This document shows positions 1 to 14,200 of a DNA stretch of 64,000 bases, in pieces. Position numbers and translations under genes: made by a program. Position 1 is the stretch's first letter, and every line of letters starts with the position of its first letter. The notes below the pieces were generated by a model that saw nothing but the letters and a program-made list of their open reading frames with translations, had not been told where the DNA came from and did not search any database. Source of the DNA: Octopus vulgaris (lineage: Eukaryota); the NCBI GenBank assembly GCA_951406725.2, contig OX597814.1, forward strand, positions 45,136,001 to 45,200,000, in the 5' to 3' direction.

Positions 1-122
1 GTAGACTTTATGTATATAAATATATGAATAATATAAAATATTTGAAACATTGTAAGCACTTACATACCAACCTACTTGCACATACATGTACGTACTGCAC
101 GCATACACACACACATATATAT

Positions 123-325
123 GTGACCTCGTGAGTACCGCTGGCGATTTTTTCCTTCTGTCTTCCCTTCTCGGGATCTTTCCTTCTTTGTTTCCGACGA
201 AGAGCTCCGCTCGAAACGTTAAACCCTCTTTCTTCCCTTCTTTCCAGAGCGTCCAATAATACTTTATTTGTTCCACGTCTTCGCGTTGTTGTGTTTTTTG
301 TTTTTTTGTGTTTTCTTGTTTGGAT

Positions 326-329
<4 letters not shown>
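123..329 (+). mobile_element. Short non-coding Penelope-like/retrozyme-like element containing a minimal hammerhead ribozyme fold
   Basis: About 200 bp, pyrimidine-rich, bounded by (CA)/(TA)n on the left and (TA)n on the right. Hammerhead-like motif at 190-224. Downstream sequence is related to the elements at 32111-32309 and 36880-37035. Confidence 0.6.
190..224 (+). ncRNA. Minimal type I hammerhead ribozyme-like motif (variant core CCGACGA)
   Basis: GTTT-CCGACGA-A-GAGC-TCC-GCTC-GAAA-CGTT-AAAC: stem I GTTT/AAAC, stem II GAGC/GCTC, GAAA core, palindromic ACGT in place of stem III, predicted GUU cleavage triplet. Confidence 0.6.
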
Positions 330-389
<60 letters not shown>

Positions 390-416
390 CATATACATTT
401 ACACACACACACACAT
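330..416. repeat. (TA)n/(CA)n microsatellite
   Basis: Directly visible. Confidence 0.95.
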
Positions 417-3400
417 GTTTTTGTATGCTTGTACGTGTGAAAGTCTGTGTGAAAAACAAGTTGCAAAAGAAGGAAAGAAATCGTTCAGTTAATGATAAAA
501 TAACACTTGTCATTATAGTTATATATTGGGCGTGCCTAGTTCTGCATTAGTTCTGTTTCAAGGAAAACTCCAATAACTATTTAGACATACTTTACAGAAT
601 GCTGGAGACTGCACAGGCCTAAATCGATACACATTCTTTACTACAACACCTGACATCAAGGTACGCAAATTGCTGTGATCTTACGGTGTGTGTTCATAAG
701 TTCATAAAAAATACACGTGCTGCATTATGTATGTGTGTCTGTGTTTTGTGAAAGAGGATGTGAGTAGAGTCAAGAACTGATAGTTTTTTTTATCGGCAAT
801 AATGCTGTGTGTAATAATACTGTGTCAGTCGTATCATGTTAAGAGAAAATCTATATGTACGTATATGTAAGCTAATCAGAGAAGACATGCTCGGAAGATC
901 CATAAACAAAACTTAACCAACCCAACTGGAGGTGAAAAATTCGAAATTGAATACAAACAAGAAGACTACTACATTTAGTTTAGTTATTTGAATGTATAAG
1001 CCATTCAAAAGTAGAATTTCTGTTCATTCTCTGTCCATTCTATCGACAAATACATTCTAATGATCATTTCATGTTAATAAGCTTGTAGTGAGGTTGGATC
1101 TGAATTCTTCGTTAACGACAAAGAATTAATATGTGGTTCTGATAGTGAAAAGTTGCACATTCACAAATTTGTAATGTGGTACAACTTTGTAGCAGCTGCT
1201 TTTGTCTAACTAGATTTTCTAAGATATAGAGTTTATTGTAAGACTATACAAGGAGTATTAAATGGCCTGATTTTCACCATTATGCCTTAGTATCACAGCC
1301 ATCGGTTGTTACTAGAGTTACAAAGTAGGTAAAGAAGTAAAGAAGCAAGCCTGAAACCGAAAGTGACTCGGGTTTCTGGAGGTTTTTCGTGGGGTTATTT
1401 TGTTTGCTTTTTGTTTGTTTTGTTTGTTTGTTTGTTTTCTTCAGACAGCTTAAATATATACTTGAAATATAAAATAAACTATGAAAAGTAAATAGCTAAA
1501 TTGTATTTAACGGATTCAAATCAATACATTTGGGAAGCCTGATCTGTATGATATGTATTAATCCACTTAAAATTAATAAAGTATATCACACTATGATGAA
1601 AATTAAGCAAAGAAAAGTTAAAAAATATGATTTTATTTGACGGACAAAGGTAAAGGTTAATATGCTTCTAAAGCAGTGTATGTTTAATATTTGTCAATCC
1701 ACTTAAAAAAGTAAAGAACAAAACTATTTTTAACACACCACGTGCAAATTAACCAATTTCAGAAACAATGCATGTGTACTCATTATAGGATGCAGCTCAT
1801 TTCATGGTATTCCACTGTATTCTTGGATTTCTGGAACAAGAAGTCGGTTATTGTGTTATCAAAAAAACAGTCCTATTTGATAATTGCTGCAGAAATAAAT
1901 GCATTCTATGAGCATGAATACGGAGTATAAGAATGTGAATTCTTTACAAGGCATAGTGGGTCACTGTAAACTTCGATTTAGAACTGCCCTGATTCCCAAA
2001 AGTATGGTCTTTCATCGCTTACCTCTCTCTGAATTACATCTTTACGTGAATAACATTATATAGAAATTCAATTTATATATAGCCTTTCAGAGAGCGGAGA
2101 GCTTGTTCATTTTTTTAATAATCAACAATCGTTTATTTACTTGACTTACTTCCTTAAGCATTAAGTTTATTAACCTTCTAACTATAATTACAAGGCTATA
2201 GATATAGCGCAGAGGTTTCTTTTTATTGCAAGCCACATTTTATATTACAATATGGAGTATGTAGAATATTTTTAGCTCAAGTTGAATACTGAATTAATGT
2301 TATTTTTAAAAATGACAAAATATTTATCATAGAACAGCTTAAGGCTAACGTTCAAACCAATCACAATAGCTATTTGGATCAAACATCTATAGAAACGTAT
2401 ATAATCATTCCTTTATATATGAAGAAAATTCTAAACTGCTGTTGATTGCTTTGTATATCTCGCATGCTCGATCTTGTGATGATAATCTTGAAAGATTGAT
2501 TTCCTAAGAATACAAAACGCTTCAGTTTCTATAGTAAGCTTGTACAAAATGACTTTAATCTTAACATACCATCGAATTACAAAGAACAGATATCAATTTA
2601 CTGATATTCAAGGTTTCTTTCTTGTTTTGTTTTCGTTTTTTTCTTTCTTCTTTTTGTGCTTGTTTTTTTTTACGTTTTTGCGGTGTACATCTTACAGGGA
2701 CAATTTACAAGCATTGTACTGGGCCATTTCATTCAGCATTGCTTGTGATATATGCAAGAAATAAAATGGACAATTTCTCCCTTGACAACTGAAGTTCTCG
2801 AATTATCCAGAATATCTAGTTTTGAGGTAAACAATAGCCAAACATTATGTAGGAATGTGAGTAGTTTCCCGTTATATTCTAGGCCTCAAAATCTCTAGTT
2901 TCCTTTCATGGCTATTACGTTACTATAACAAAACAAAAACTATCTCAAAGTTAAGAGCCCTCTTCAATGCCACGGGATAGTTTAACGCTGAGGAGTCTAC
3001 AAAGTACAAGAGTAACGCGCGTAAGATTACTGCTTATATATTTAGATCAGTTCTGTTCCTTCGCATGAACACATTCTTTTTCAGGTCCACAAACTGACTG
3101 ACAAGCCTTTACTTACCTACACTCCTACAGATGCATCAGACATTGGTTTACAGGTGCCCATAAACTGTATAGGTTTCAATAGGTCAGGACGAACTGTGAA
3201 TCGAAGGCGCACTCCTTTTTCCTGGCTAAGCTATAGAAAATCTCAACTGAACTTTCTCAGTGAACTGATTATACATTAGCATATAAACATGCATGTGTGT
3301 GCACACTTTGTGCCTGTCTAATAAGTCAAAATTAAGCTCCTAGGTGTAATAAACCTTAGCCGTTATTAAGAAGCAGGTATTCGGATACTCCTAAATATTT

Positions 3401-4089
3401 TGTTTTCTTCTGCAAGAAATATCGAGGAATACATTTTTGAACTATTAACAAACCGTTTCCAGATAAACTAAGACGCCTTTTATATAATACGAATTCCGAC
3501 CAAAATAAGGTAATATATATTATTTAGAACAGTCATCTTAAAGTAGTGAGTTGGGAACCATTATAGTGTCTAGTTTCAGACCACACTCTGACATTCATTA
3601 TTCGATAATTTAACTTATAATGATAAACTATTTATTACATACACGAGAGAAATCGTAGCAATCAAATATTAAATGTTTGTAATTTCCATTTGACTATTCG
3701 TATGCAACAGAACTCATCAATAATTCATTAGCACTACAGTCGACCATACTTTTCACAGGGGCAACAATAATGAAAGTGAAGTAAAATAGCGGCAAACTGG
3801 AATCAAAAGTGAGTTGTATATTCATCTCGCCAGGAGATGTCTTCTCGCCCACAAGGCTCACCCGTTAATATAAAAACTCAGGAACAATACGTGATGTATT
3901 TCTAACCATCATTCAAGCTTAATCAATTTTATAACTTTTATTTTTAAAAGACTTTAAAATAACTGTTTTTATTTTAATTTAAAACGTGAAATATAATCTC
4001 CATTTGAAGTACAATCTTCGGATAAAACTTGAGTTGAGGGAATGGGATTTGAGAGATGTGTGTGTTGCAATGGAACATTCCGGCGAAAG

Positions 4090-4340
4090 CAAAAGATGAG
4101 AAAAGGATGGAGCTGATGGACAGGTAATTAAACAAGGATTTTCACATGCTAGAAAATGTCAAAAACTTTGCTAATATCAAAGGTAATTTCATATTGCCAA
4201 CGAACTGTTGAGATTTCATCTTCAAATAAACCTTAACATTTAGACAAATACCTAACGAACAATTTTCTCTATGAAACAATTTCACTCTTTATATCAGCAC
4301 GTAAAACTGTAAGATTTTTCAGATTCTGTCACTTTTGTGT
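4090..4340 (-). mobile_element. Highly degenerate LINE RT fragment (CR1/jockey-like)
   Basis: Minus-strand translation ITFDISKVFDIF*HVKILV*LP resembles the RT motif (A)LDISKAFDRVWH.GLL.KL; contains stops. Confidence 0.45.
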
Positions 4341-4853
4341 TTCCTCTTTTACTAATTCAACTGAGAATTGTCTTCATACTTCTTCTACTAAGACCAACGT
4401 GACTCCACAATCACTGATCAGTTATAGTTCTATCAAAGAACACGATAACTCAGTATTTGAAAGTGATCGCTTTTGTTCCATAATCTTCTTGTAAGATTCC
4501 TTAGATTGTTTGGATTCCTCACACTTTCTTCAGATATCCTTATGTCTCTGATGAGAATATTCTTCAAGTGTTCAATAAAGCTTATAAACTTCCGTTGCAG
4601 TTCCAGTGACAGTTGCATATGGTTAAATATTATCAGCTTTTTTCCTCAAGTTAGCTACTTTATGATATTGTACATAGTATCATATATATTCGTGTTCATT
4701 TATGGATTTTTGTCTGCTCGTGTTAAAATTTACTTTTACTGCTTGTATAAGCGTACTTATATAACGTGAGAAACGAAAGCTTCCACACTTTTCGTGTATG
4801 AACAAAATGTTCTCAAGTACAGTGAATGATTAAAAATTAAGTTTCTAAGAAAA

Positions 4854-5030
4854 ATGTGTAACACATAATAGAAAATAATAGAAACCTTTGATATTTGTAG
4901 GGATTTTGTTTGGCGTGTTGACAACGCTAACTGCTGTACTTTATGTGTAACACAATAGAAAATAATAGAAACCTTTGATATTTGTAGGGATTTTGTTTGG
5001 CGTGTTGACAACGCTAACTGCTGTACTTTA
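4854..5030. repeat. Near-perfect tandem duplication, about 88-89 bp unit x2
   Basis: atgtgtaacac...gctaactgctgtactt occurs at 4854-4942 and again from 4943; the copies differ by a 2-nt indel. Confidence 0.9.
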
Positions 5031-6844
5031 CATAGCTACTACTTCTGCTGTTGCTACATTTACGTTTGAAAACTTGTTCGAATCACTACTATTGTATGTA
5101 ATACTATTATAACCGTTATTCAGTTACTGTTACCACTGTTATAACTTGTCGACTAGTTATGACTTTTTAAAATTGTAATTCTCGTGGCGTTTGATGCATG
5201 AATGAGTTGAGGCTGGACAGAATAATTTACACCCTTTGCGTGTTTTTGTTGTGTGGACGCCCCCAGACGATGAAGTAGACCAGCCCAATATGTAGATATA
5301 GAGGGATGAGTCTAGACGTCAAGGTAGACTAGAGTAGAACAGAGAACAGTTGAGTAGCAGAGAGTGAAGTAGTAGAAGCATCCGAACGTGCGCCATAACA
5401 GTTTTTAATCCATGCAGGACCTCTGCAATAAATCACCAATCATGCTTGTGTACATGCTGGTGTACACATGTGTAAATGTTAGGAAACAATAATATAAATT
5501 ATAATAAATGCTAACTCTAAGTTGAAATAATTTTTGTTATTGGTTGTACGTCATCATATTACATTCGTCAATGTGATGTTGAAAAGAGTTGCTTTAAAGG
5601 AATTAAAGCAGCTTTTTCAACCTTTTCCAACCGGCATCATAATGAAAAAGGTTACAAATGTGTTAAAGAATTCCAACTGACTTTTTGTAAACTTTTATAA
5701 TATTAAAAAAACGGGTATTGAAATTGCTTTAAAACAGTGATAGAAACATGCAGTGCAATTTGCGGCAAAAGAATACATAGGCACTGGTGAAATGTATGGA
5801 AAATACTCAGACTTTCTAAACATCCTTGCCTGTTTTGATTCGCCTCAAGACCTAGCACAACATTACGTGGCACAGAAATGTGCTACTATACAGTAGTTGA
5901 AAACACCTGCTTTAAAGATATTTAGGTTTGACTAATCATACAAGTTATTAAATTAGTGATGATGACTAGCTCAGGGGACAAGTCTAGCTCATCGACTGTG
6001 TGACTCTAACGGTGTGATTTCGTCCTGCTGTATACGACAATGTGTTATGATATATCCAGATATTTTACTGGGTAGAAACTAGGTACTGTACTGAAGTTAA
6101 ATTATGATTCCAGTTAAAGTTCCCAAAATTATTCCGACAGACCAGGACTTTTGTGAGGATAGCTATCGATCCAACAAATAACAGTTGTTATATGCTAGAA
6201 TTATGTCCGGTATAACTATCTCAAGAAACGTAAAATACCACTCAAGTGAAATACCAGTCAATATATTTTTGAAAACAGTAATAGTAATTCTCAAAATAAA
6301 TTAATTTGAGCCGCTGAAATCATTTTCATGGCAAAAGAACCTAAGATTGTTTGAGTATCATTTTTGATTGAGCAGATCTATGGTGAAAGACACTCCAGTC
6401 ATAGCCTTCACGTGATATTTTTTAAATATATTGGATTCCAATGTCCAATTTGCCCTCCTTTTTTAATAAAGTAAGGTACGACATGAGGGAACTTTTCGAT
6501 GCTAGTTTTAGTAATCAAGAGATGTGTACAAGCTCCCACGCTGATTCGACCTTCTGGTAATGATACATAATAGGGACAGTGATGTTGTAGGTAGTGGTAA
6601 TGATAATGTTGGCGGTAGTCTAGTGATAAGATGGATGGGATGATTCACTGTTATATATTGTACTACAACCATTTCATTTCCCTGACATTCTATAACACCT
6701 ATAATTCTTTGGGATATAGATTGCTTCAGCTTTTTATTTTGCTTCTGGAGTAGCGTTAGTTCTTTATCCTATTACACTGTTTGTCAGACACTATTTGAAA
6801 TAGTGTCAGTTCGAAATGAACAGTTAACAAAAAGACTGAGAAAT

Positions 6845-6849
<5 letters not shown>

Positions 6850-6881
<32 letters not shown>

Positions 6882-7107
6882 AAGAAAGAGAGAGAGAGAA
6901 AGAGTGAATGAGTGAGTGAGTGAAAGAGTGAGAGAGTGAATGAGTGAATGAGTGAATGAGTGAGTGGGTGAGGGAGTGAGTGGGTGAGTGAGTGAGTGAG
7001 TGAGTGAGTGAGTGAGTGAGTGAGTGAGTGAGGGAGTGAGTGAGTGAGTGAGTGAGTGGGTGAGTGAGGGAGTGAGTGAGTGAGTGAGTGAGTGAGTGAG
7101 TGAGTGA
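6850..7107. repeat. (GA)n followed by (GTGA)n microsatellite
   Basis: Directly visible; source of the SLTH-repeat pseudo-ORFs. Confidence 0.95.
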
Positions 7108-8316
7108 GAAGTAATATATTTAGAATTAAATTGGACGTGTCGGAAATTAAAGTGGTCTGCCTTCTGGGGAGGAAGAACACGGCTCTCTGGGCATTTAAAG
7201 ACTTTCTGTTGATCAGAATTCAGCAGATAGCTGAATGTAAATCTGAAATCAAAATTGTTAACGAGCTTCAACGTTGTAAAAGATGCAGGATGAAGACAGA
7301 GGGTGGATAATATTACATGATTTATGACGCAGATAGAATGAATACTATCATCAGAATTACTAAATCTTTCAACGACCAATAACAAATTAGAAGCAGTTTC
7401 CATAAAAGCTTGCTTACAGAACTGAAAAGATATTATCTGAATCAAAATCATTTTGATGTCCGTGTTTTATAGACCAGATCAGGGTGGTATTTACGTTGTA
7501 AGATTTTTTCCGATTTCTCGTTATTGGATTTTTTTTCTGTATTTGTTTGTTTTGTTTGTTTATTATTTGTTTTCTTTTGTTTTGCTTTCGTTTTGATTTT
7601 TTTTTTTTCATTGTAAAGACACATTTACAATCTTTATAGATGATGGTGGCCTTACAGTCGATTTGTAGAATGATAACAACACTTCTGGTAAAAGAAGAGT
7701 TTGTTCTTTTCTTAGATGTTGAATTCAGTCGTTCCTTCTGGCACAGTAAATAAAAGTAGTAACATTACCATTTTTGTAACCGTTGGTATATCTGACGATG
7801 GTGATCATGATGATGACAACGACCACGACTACGGCAACGACATCGACGTCGATGATGTGTATGATGTGAGTAAGTAGGGAACAATGGTGTTAGATATGAA
7901 TTGCTTACATAGGAAACTTATTGTTGATGTTTTAATCTATGTTTGTATAAGATGTGAGTGTTTATACTTGTGTGACCCTGTTAAATATGTCTATATGCAT
8001 CGATATGTATTCGTTAGTGTTAAATGAATATTTAATTACGAGAATATCGCTGCTGGTGACACGATCACGATATGATGGCTTCTGTACTAAGAGGCAACTT
8101 CATTAGTTTGAAGGTGATAAAGAAGTCGAGATAAAAGTAGCAGGAAAATAATACATCACTTGTTCCTTGCACGAAGTTTCAAAGAATAAAACGGCGTGAT
8201 TCAATGAGAGGCGTATACTCTGCATATAGCTTCAGGTTAAAAAGGCTTTGTTACGAAATATAGAAAAGAGAAAGCCGCAGAGTGTAAGAACAAAAGCAGA
8301 ACGAAAATAAGAAAGC

Positions 8317-8419
<103 letters not shown>

Positions 8420-9949
8420 GAATAAAGGAATCGCCAAAAATAAACTTGATTGGATAAAACAAGAGAAACAATGAAAATCCACATGAAATTCACCCGACTC
8501 AATCTAAATGCCATATATGCGCATGTATGGAAATTTAATCTGCGACTTTGTGTCTCCATACCACTACGAAGCGCCCCATATGTAACGCAGCATTCGTGCA
8601 CAATAAAATGATGTTAAATGCTGCTTTAGATGTAGAATACCGGTACATATTCATTTCTCAAAAGCATAAGGTCGTCCGTTCAAATGCTATAAGGAGAATT
8701 TTGCGACGTGGTTCAAACATTTCCCAAGTGATACATGGATATCACTATATGGATGAAACTATATAGATAGAGATACAACAAACAGTTGAAACTGAATCGC
8801 CAAGTAAAATCACTAATAACTTGACTTTTATTCGGCACGGTGAAAATATTTTTTTTTCCTCGGGCATGGTAGTAGTGCAGCTGGTGTGAGGGGGAACGAG
8901 TATAGCAGTTAGTCCATTTCACTATTGACTCGGCTATCCATAGTCTCTATTAATCATGTGAGTGAAGTAAAATGAGTACTTGTAAAAATCAAATCGAATC
9001 ACCAAGGCTTTCACTGTTAATTTATGTGGCGAAAAGATTACATTCTACCCCGAGTAGTTGTTAAGAAATGATTTAATTACTTCAAGGCGTGATCTGTCAT
9101 TTCTTTCGGATATAACTGAAAATAATTTTCATTACAAATAGAAACCTAAATGATTTATGTCACAAGCCTTGGTAACAATGGAGTATGACAACTGTTAACA
9201 TTAAATTTACGAGTTCGGATTAAAAGCTAAGGGTAAATTTTTGCAATTTGTCCTCGTGATGAAGTTAGAAATCAATATTGGCAAAGCATATTTTTCATAT
9301 GAACCATCGTTTCGTTTTAATTAAATATTCAAATAAGTTGATTTGCATGTTTGTATGTTTAATAACTATGTTTATATCAGGCTATTCGATTGGCAGAATC
9401 AGTGGAGCGTCGGACAAAATATTCAAAATATTCGAATATGTATTTAAATATATTCAAATATGTTGACATGTATGTTGAGACTGGGAGTCATCATAATTAG
9501 AAGGGCACCAAGCAAAATACCTTGCGGTACTTTCAGCCATCTCCCTTTATTTTCTTTCTTTAAATCCCTCTACGATCGATTTTACGAGAATATCGCTGAT
9601 AAAATAAAATCGTCGATAAAATAAGATCTTAATGAAGTATTGAGTCCCGATATAATCGGTATATCTTCATAATAAATGACCGTACTAGAAATCAATAAAG
9701 AATTTTAATAATTATTTCTAACAAAGGTATCAGGTCTAAAATTTAGGAGAAGGGGTTACTGGATAGCATTGGCTCTAGTACTTGACCGGTTCTTTATTTT
9801 ATCTAACTATTTCATTCTTACCTTCACTACCACCTTGAATGCTGTTTGGAACTGCTTTTTCCTTTTTTTTTTCTCATTTGGGCTTTGTTGTGATTGTTAT
9901 TTTATCCGAAACGATGAAAGACTCTGGAAATTTTCGGACACGAAAAAGT

Positions 9950-10045
9950 GAAAGACACAGTAGACCTCGGCGGTATTTGAACGCAAAACACAAACAGGTA
10001 GAAGAACTGCCGCTAGGCATTTTGTCCGATGCGCTAACGATCACC
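9950..10045 (-). mobile_element. Degenerate 5' part of SINE family D (Nin/Deu-like)
   Basis: cctcggcggtatttgaac...gcattttgtccgatgcgctaacgat aligns in reverse with the head of the SINEs at 21142 and 23933. Confidence 0.55.
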
Positions 10046-11149
10046 ACCTTAATGGTCAGAACAAATAGTGCAGTGCATTTTCCCCGACTCTGTAATGATT
10101 CTGCCAGTTCGATGATTAATAAGTATTTCTTATAGAGCGACAAATCTCTGAATGCGTATCCGCTGGTGATACTTAATCAAATCGATTCCAATATGTGACT
10201 GGTACTTATTGAGTTCAAGAGATGAAAGATAAAGTAAGTCTCAAAACTCAATTCATAAAAGATGTAACTACGAATTTTTACTGTTTCGCGTCATATTATC
10301 AGTATGGAATATCAAGTAAGTGTTGGAATATTAGAAGACTAGACTAAACGTCTCGTGTTGATTTTGTCTTCCACCCACTTTTTGCAAATAAAATAAGTAA
10401 CAGTAATATACTGGGTTGAAACATAATCCAGTATGACCTTGTACTTGTCGGTCGGTTAGCATTAAGCTTCAGCGACCAGCTTTATACAGACACGGGGTGT
10501 TGCCCTGCTGACTTCTCGAATGTTGTAGGATCATTATAGGTGGAGTGAATGTTCCTGGCAAATTGTAGCAAGTTTCACCAAACGGTACTCCTTCTCTTTA
10601 AATTACATCACAGAAAAATGTTTGTTCTATTAATACGCGTGATGGCAGTGATTCTAGTTTTTAAAAAATCAGGTTTTAATTTGTCAAAACGTGGGTAAAT
10701 TCCTCCTCGAAACGAGTGGTACAATTCATCACATATAGATGTAATGGCAGTATTTGAAGGTATTTTGTTTCTGTAATTCATATAAGCAACACTTATAATT
10801 TGAACTCTTCTCTTCATAATCAATAATGTCCGAGCAAAATACCTACGGGGCATACTCACGATATTACATATGTAAACACCTACCGTGTCTGTTTGTTAAT
10901 GAAATAATCAGTCATTATACTGAGTTCTTGCATCTTACAGTGGTGTAGTTACCATCCTAATGATGGTTATTTGAAACCAGGTTAATAGCATGATCCATTC
11001 GTTACTAACGAAATGCCAGTGATTACTTTCACAAACATTATAAGATAAGGCAATTATGTCATGATAAGACTAATTTAAAAGAAATGACTGTAAACAGTTT
11101 TAGTTGGCACCGAGCCTCGTTCGTAACCCAATTTCATTTCCTGAAGAAA

Positions 11150-11850
11150 ATCAGTTTACTTCACCTTCATTTGATGACTTGTGCTCAATAAGAAATCGAT
11201 ATTCTTAGATTAATTGTTGCGAGTTTTGTAGAATAAAGGTAAGCACTCATCAAACTGACTTTATAACATGGTTTCGATAACCAGTTGCCGTTACTTCACT
11301 TTTGACATTTCGTTTTGGAACCATAAAATAAAATTGATAGACATTGATTGTGATGGCTCTTCTGATTGAACAGGAATGCTTTGAATAAAATTATACGAAG
11401 GAATTGAGCAATGTAGACAGTAATGAATAGATAGAGAGTACAGAGTTGTTGGATAGACTTTGTCAGTCCGAATGAATAACAAGGCTGACCACCATCAGAA
11501 AAGAAATTAACTGAAAATGAACACTCAACTGGAGTCTATTCGATTGGCATGCTCCTCCATTAAGAGGAGATGGGCGCGTTTATACTGAGGAGCATGTTTT
11601 AACGTTTACGTTTCAAAACGTATGGCCTCATTTTAAGAATTGTTCGAGTTTTATTGATTGAAACTTAGATATAACTATTAACAGGGTGAACAACTACGTA
11701 GAAGTACCCTAGCGTTTTCGTTAGCAGTTTAGTTAGTAGATTCAACAGTAGTTTAAAGATGAAGGGGAAATTTAGGTCGGGGCCACCATTTTAGTTGAGC
11801 AAAGATTATTGAAGCAATGGTAAAAGATACAAAATGGAGAATATTTTAAT
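11150..11850 (-). mobile_element. Very degenerate LINE RT relic
   Basis: Minus-strand fragments GGPDLNFP, TLLIVISKF, NFFSDGGQ and PTTLYSLSIH appear in the order expected for RT motifs (PGPDG, ISLLS.ISK, SFLSDR.Q, SPTLF..FIND); many stops and frameshifts. Confidence 0.35.
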
Positions 11851-12349
11851 CAATGAGAAAGAAAATAGAAATAAATTAATGCGAAATAAAAGATGTAGCA
11901 ACTCGATTCTAGGGGGTTTACATGAGATATTTCTTTCAATTTTTCCATTTGTTATTTTTTCAAAAAGTTTAAATGATCAGCTTCAACATGTATGAAACAT
12001 ACTCGCCTTCTCGACCTGACTCCTCCCACCTCGAAGGAAACTCCCCCACTACCACTCACTACCGCCAATACTAATACTATCACTGCCATGTCTGCTTTTG
12101 TATAGATTCGACCGTGTGTCGTCAATGCATTTACCCGGCAGCCAATACATTTGAACCCTAATTGATTCTATTCAAATACAAAATCAATGGTTGGCTTCGT
12201 TTCGAAAATGGATTGAAGGACAGTATGTGTATGAGTAAGCAGCAACGCCACCGACAGCATTACGACTACAGAACACAGAATAAAACAGAAAAAAAAAGAA
12301 AAAAAGAAATAGCAACAACTTACACCGAGTAATACTACATGTCAACAAA

Positions 12350-12365
12350 TACAACAACGACAACG

Positions 12366-12400
<35 letters not shown>

Positions 12401-12809
12401 AGAAAGCCTTAACAAACTGAAACAACGAAGACATTTTAATGGTTTTTCCCTTCATTGCTTGCATGATTTAAAGATGATAACGCAAGACATTGACTTTCTA
12501 TGCATATTTATGTGTGTGTATGTGTGTGTGTATGTGTGTGATTAGGGAGAGAGAGAGAGAGAGAGAGAGAGAAAGAAAGGGAGAAGGAGCAAGAGAGAAA
12601 AAGAAATAGCGAAAGTTAAAGAGACAAAAACAGAGATAATTAACAATATGCGTATGTGCAAACATATATGTAAATGCAAATATATACATACATACATACA
12701 TACATATGTATGCACAAACATACATACATACATACATGCATATGTATGCACATTCAAACATACGTACACATACGTATAAATATATGTACATATATACATG
12801 CATATGTGG

Positions 12810-12842
<33 letters not shown>

Positions 12843-12850
12843 CGTATGTA
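12350..12850. repeat. Microsatellite cluster: (CAA)n, (TG)n, (GA)n, (CATA)n, (TA)n
   Basis: Directly visible. Confidence 0.9.
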
Positions 12851-13244
12851 TAATACTTGAATCTATGTAGGTAAATATAATAATCTTAGTTGTATGTATT
12901 TGCATGACGCTCAATGAGAGCATGTACGTGCGCGTCCGTGAGTGAATGTATGGTTAGTTGTTTGGCCAAAGGGGTCTGATGTGTATAATTGATTACTATT
13001 GGCAAATAGAAAGCAATTTACAAATCTCGAACATGGAAGCTAGATATCTATGCTGTAGGCAACGATCTGGTAATAATTGATCGATTATACAGAAACCTAA
13101 GATAAAAAAGTGAAACTGTCTTACATGACATTTTTTTTTATCCTTGTTTCTTTACTCCAAACCGATCATGCCTAACTCAAGCTTGTTTTCATGGAAATAT
13201 AAATAATGAAGGAAAAAGAACCCAAAAATATTTTACAAAGATTT

Positions 13245-13282
13245 ATATATGTATACATATGTACATGCACTGTATATATACA

Positions 13283-13318
<36 letters not shown>

Positions 13319-13708
13319 TGTATGTATGTATGTATGTATGTATGTGTATGCGTATATGTATACACACATACACATACATGCATACATACATACATACAAT
13401 GTGGGTGTCTAGGTTTGTGCGCATGTGTGTTTTTCCATGTTTGCTTCCCGCGTGTTCTTTCTTTGATTTGTTTTCTATTCATTCATTTTTGTTGAATTTT
13501 TTGCTTTTGTTTTTGTTTTTTTTTTTAATGTAAAGACGATGCGTTTAGCTATGATAATATATTATGTTCATATACATTAAGATATCGATAGATAGACAGA
13601 TAGACAGGTAGAAACACTGATAGACATATAGAGAGACAGAAAGAGAGAGAGAGGCAGAGAGAGAAAGGTTAATGGATTAAATAATTAAACTGATAATTAA
13701 TGTACTGG

Positions 13709-13744
<36 letters not shown>

Positions 13745-13857
13745 TTGATCATAATTAATTGGTTCTTTGGTTCTAGACGGATTTAATTTATTTGCAAATT
13801 GATTCAGCCACTTGCGTATCAACGCACATGAATGTTGTGTGTATGTCTGAGTGTGTG

Positions 13858-13942
<85 letters not shown>

Positions 13943-14060
13943 ATTTCAAGGGAAACGCTGAAATAACTTGCATGCATACATTGGTAGAAATAGATAACTA
14001 CACGGTAGCAGATAAAAAGCATGATGGATGGATGGATGGATGGATGGATGGATTGATGGA
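13245..14060. repeat. Microsatellite cluster: (TATG)n about 13290-13345, (GT)n about 13850-13941, (GGAT)n about 14020-14060
   Basis: Directly visible. Confidence 0.9.
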
Positions 14061-14200
14061 TGAATGGATGAGTCGGTGGGTGTAAGAGAGCTTGTTGTTA
14101 AATAGGATACTGAGTAACTAAATAGACAGGTGAGAAACAAATATCTTGGGGTGTTGCCCCACATCAGCCCTGATCATACAGTCCTAGAGAACAAATGTAA

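Noticed and set aside
5174-5400. TGTAAT...ATAACA-bounded segment resembling a solo LTR
   Set aside because: No target-site duplication, PBS, PPT or second copy in the window.
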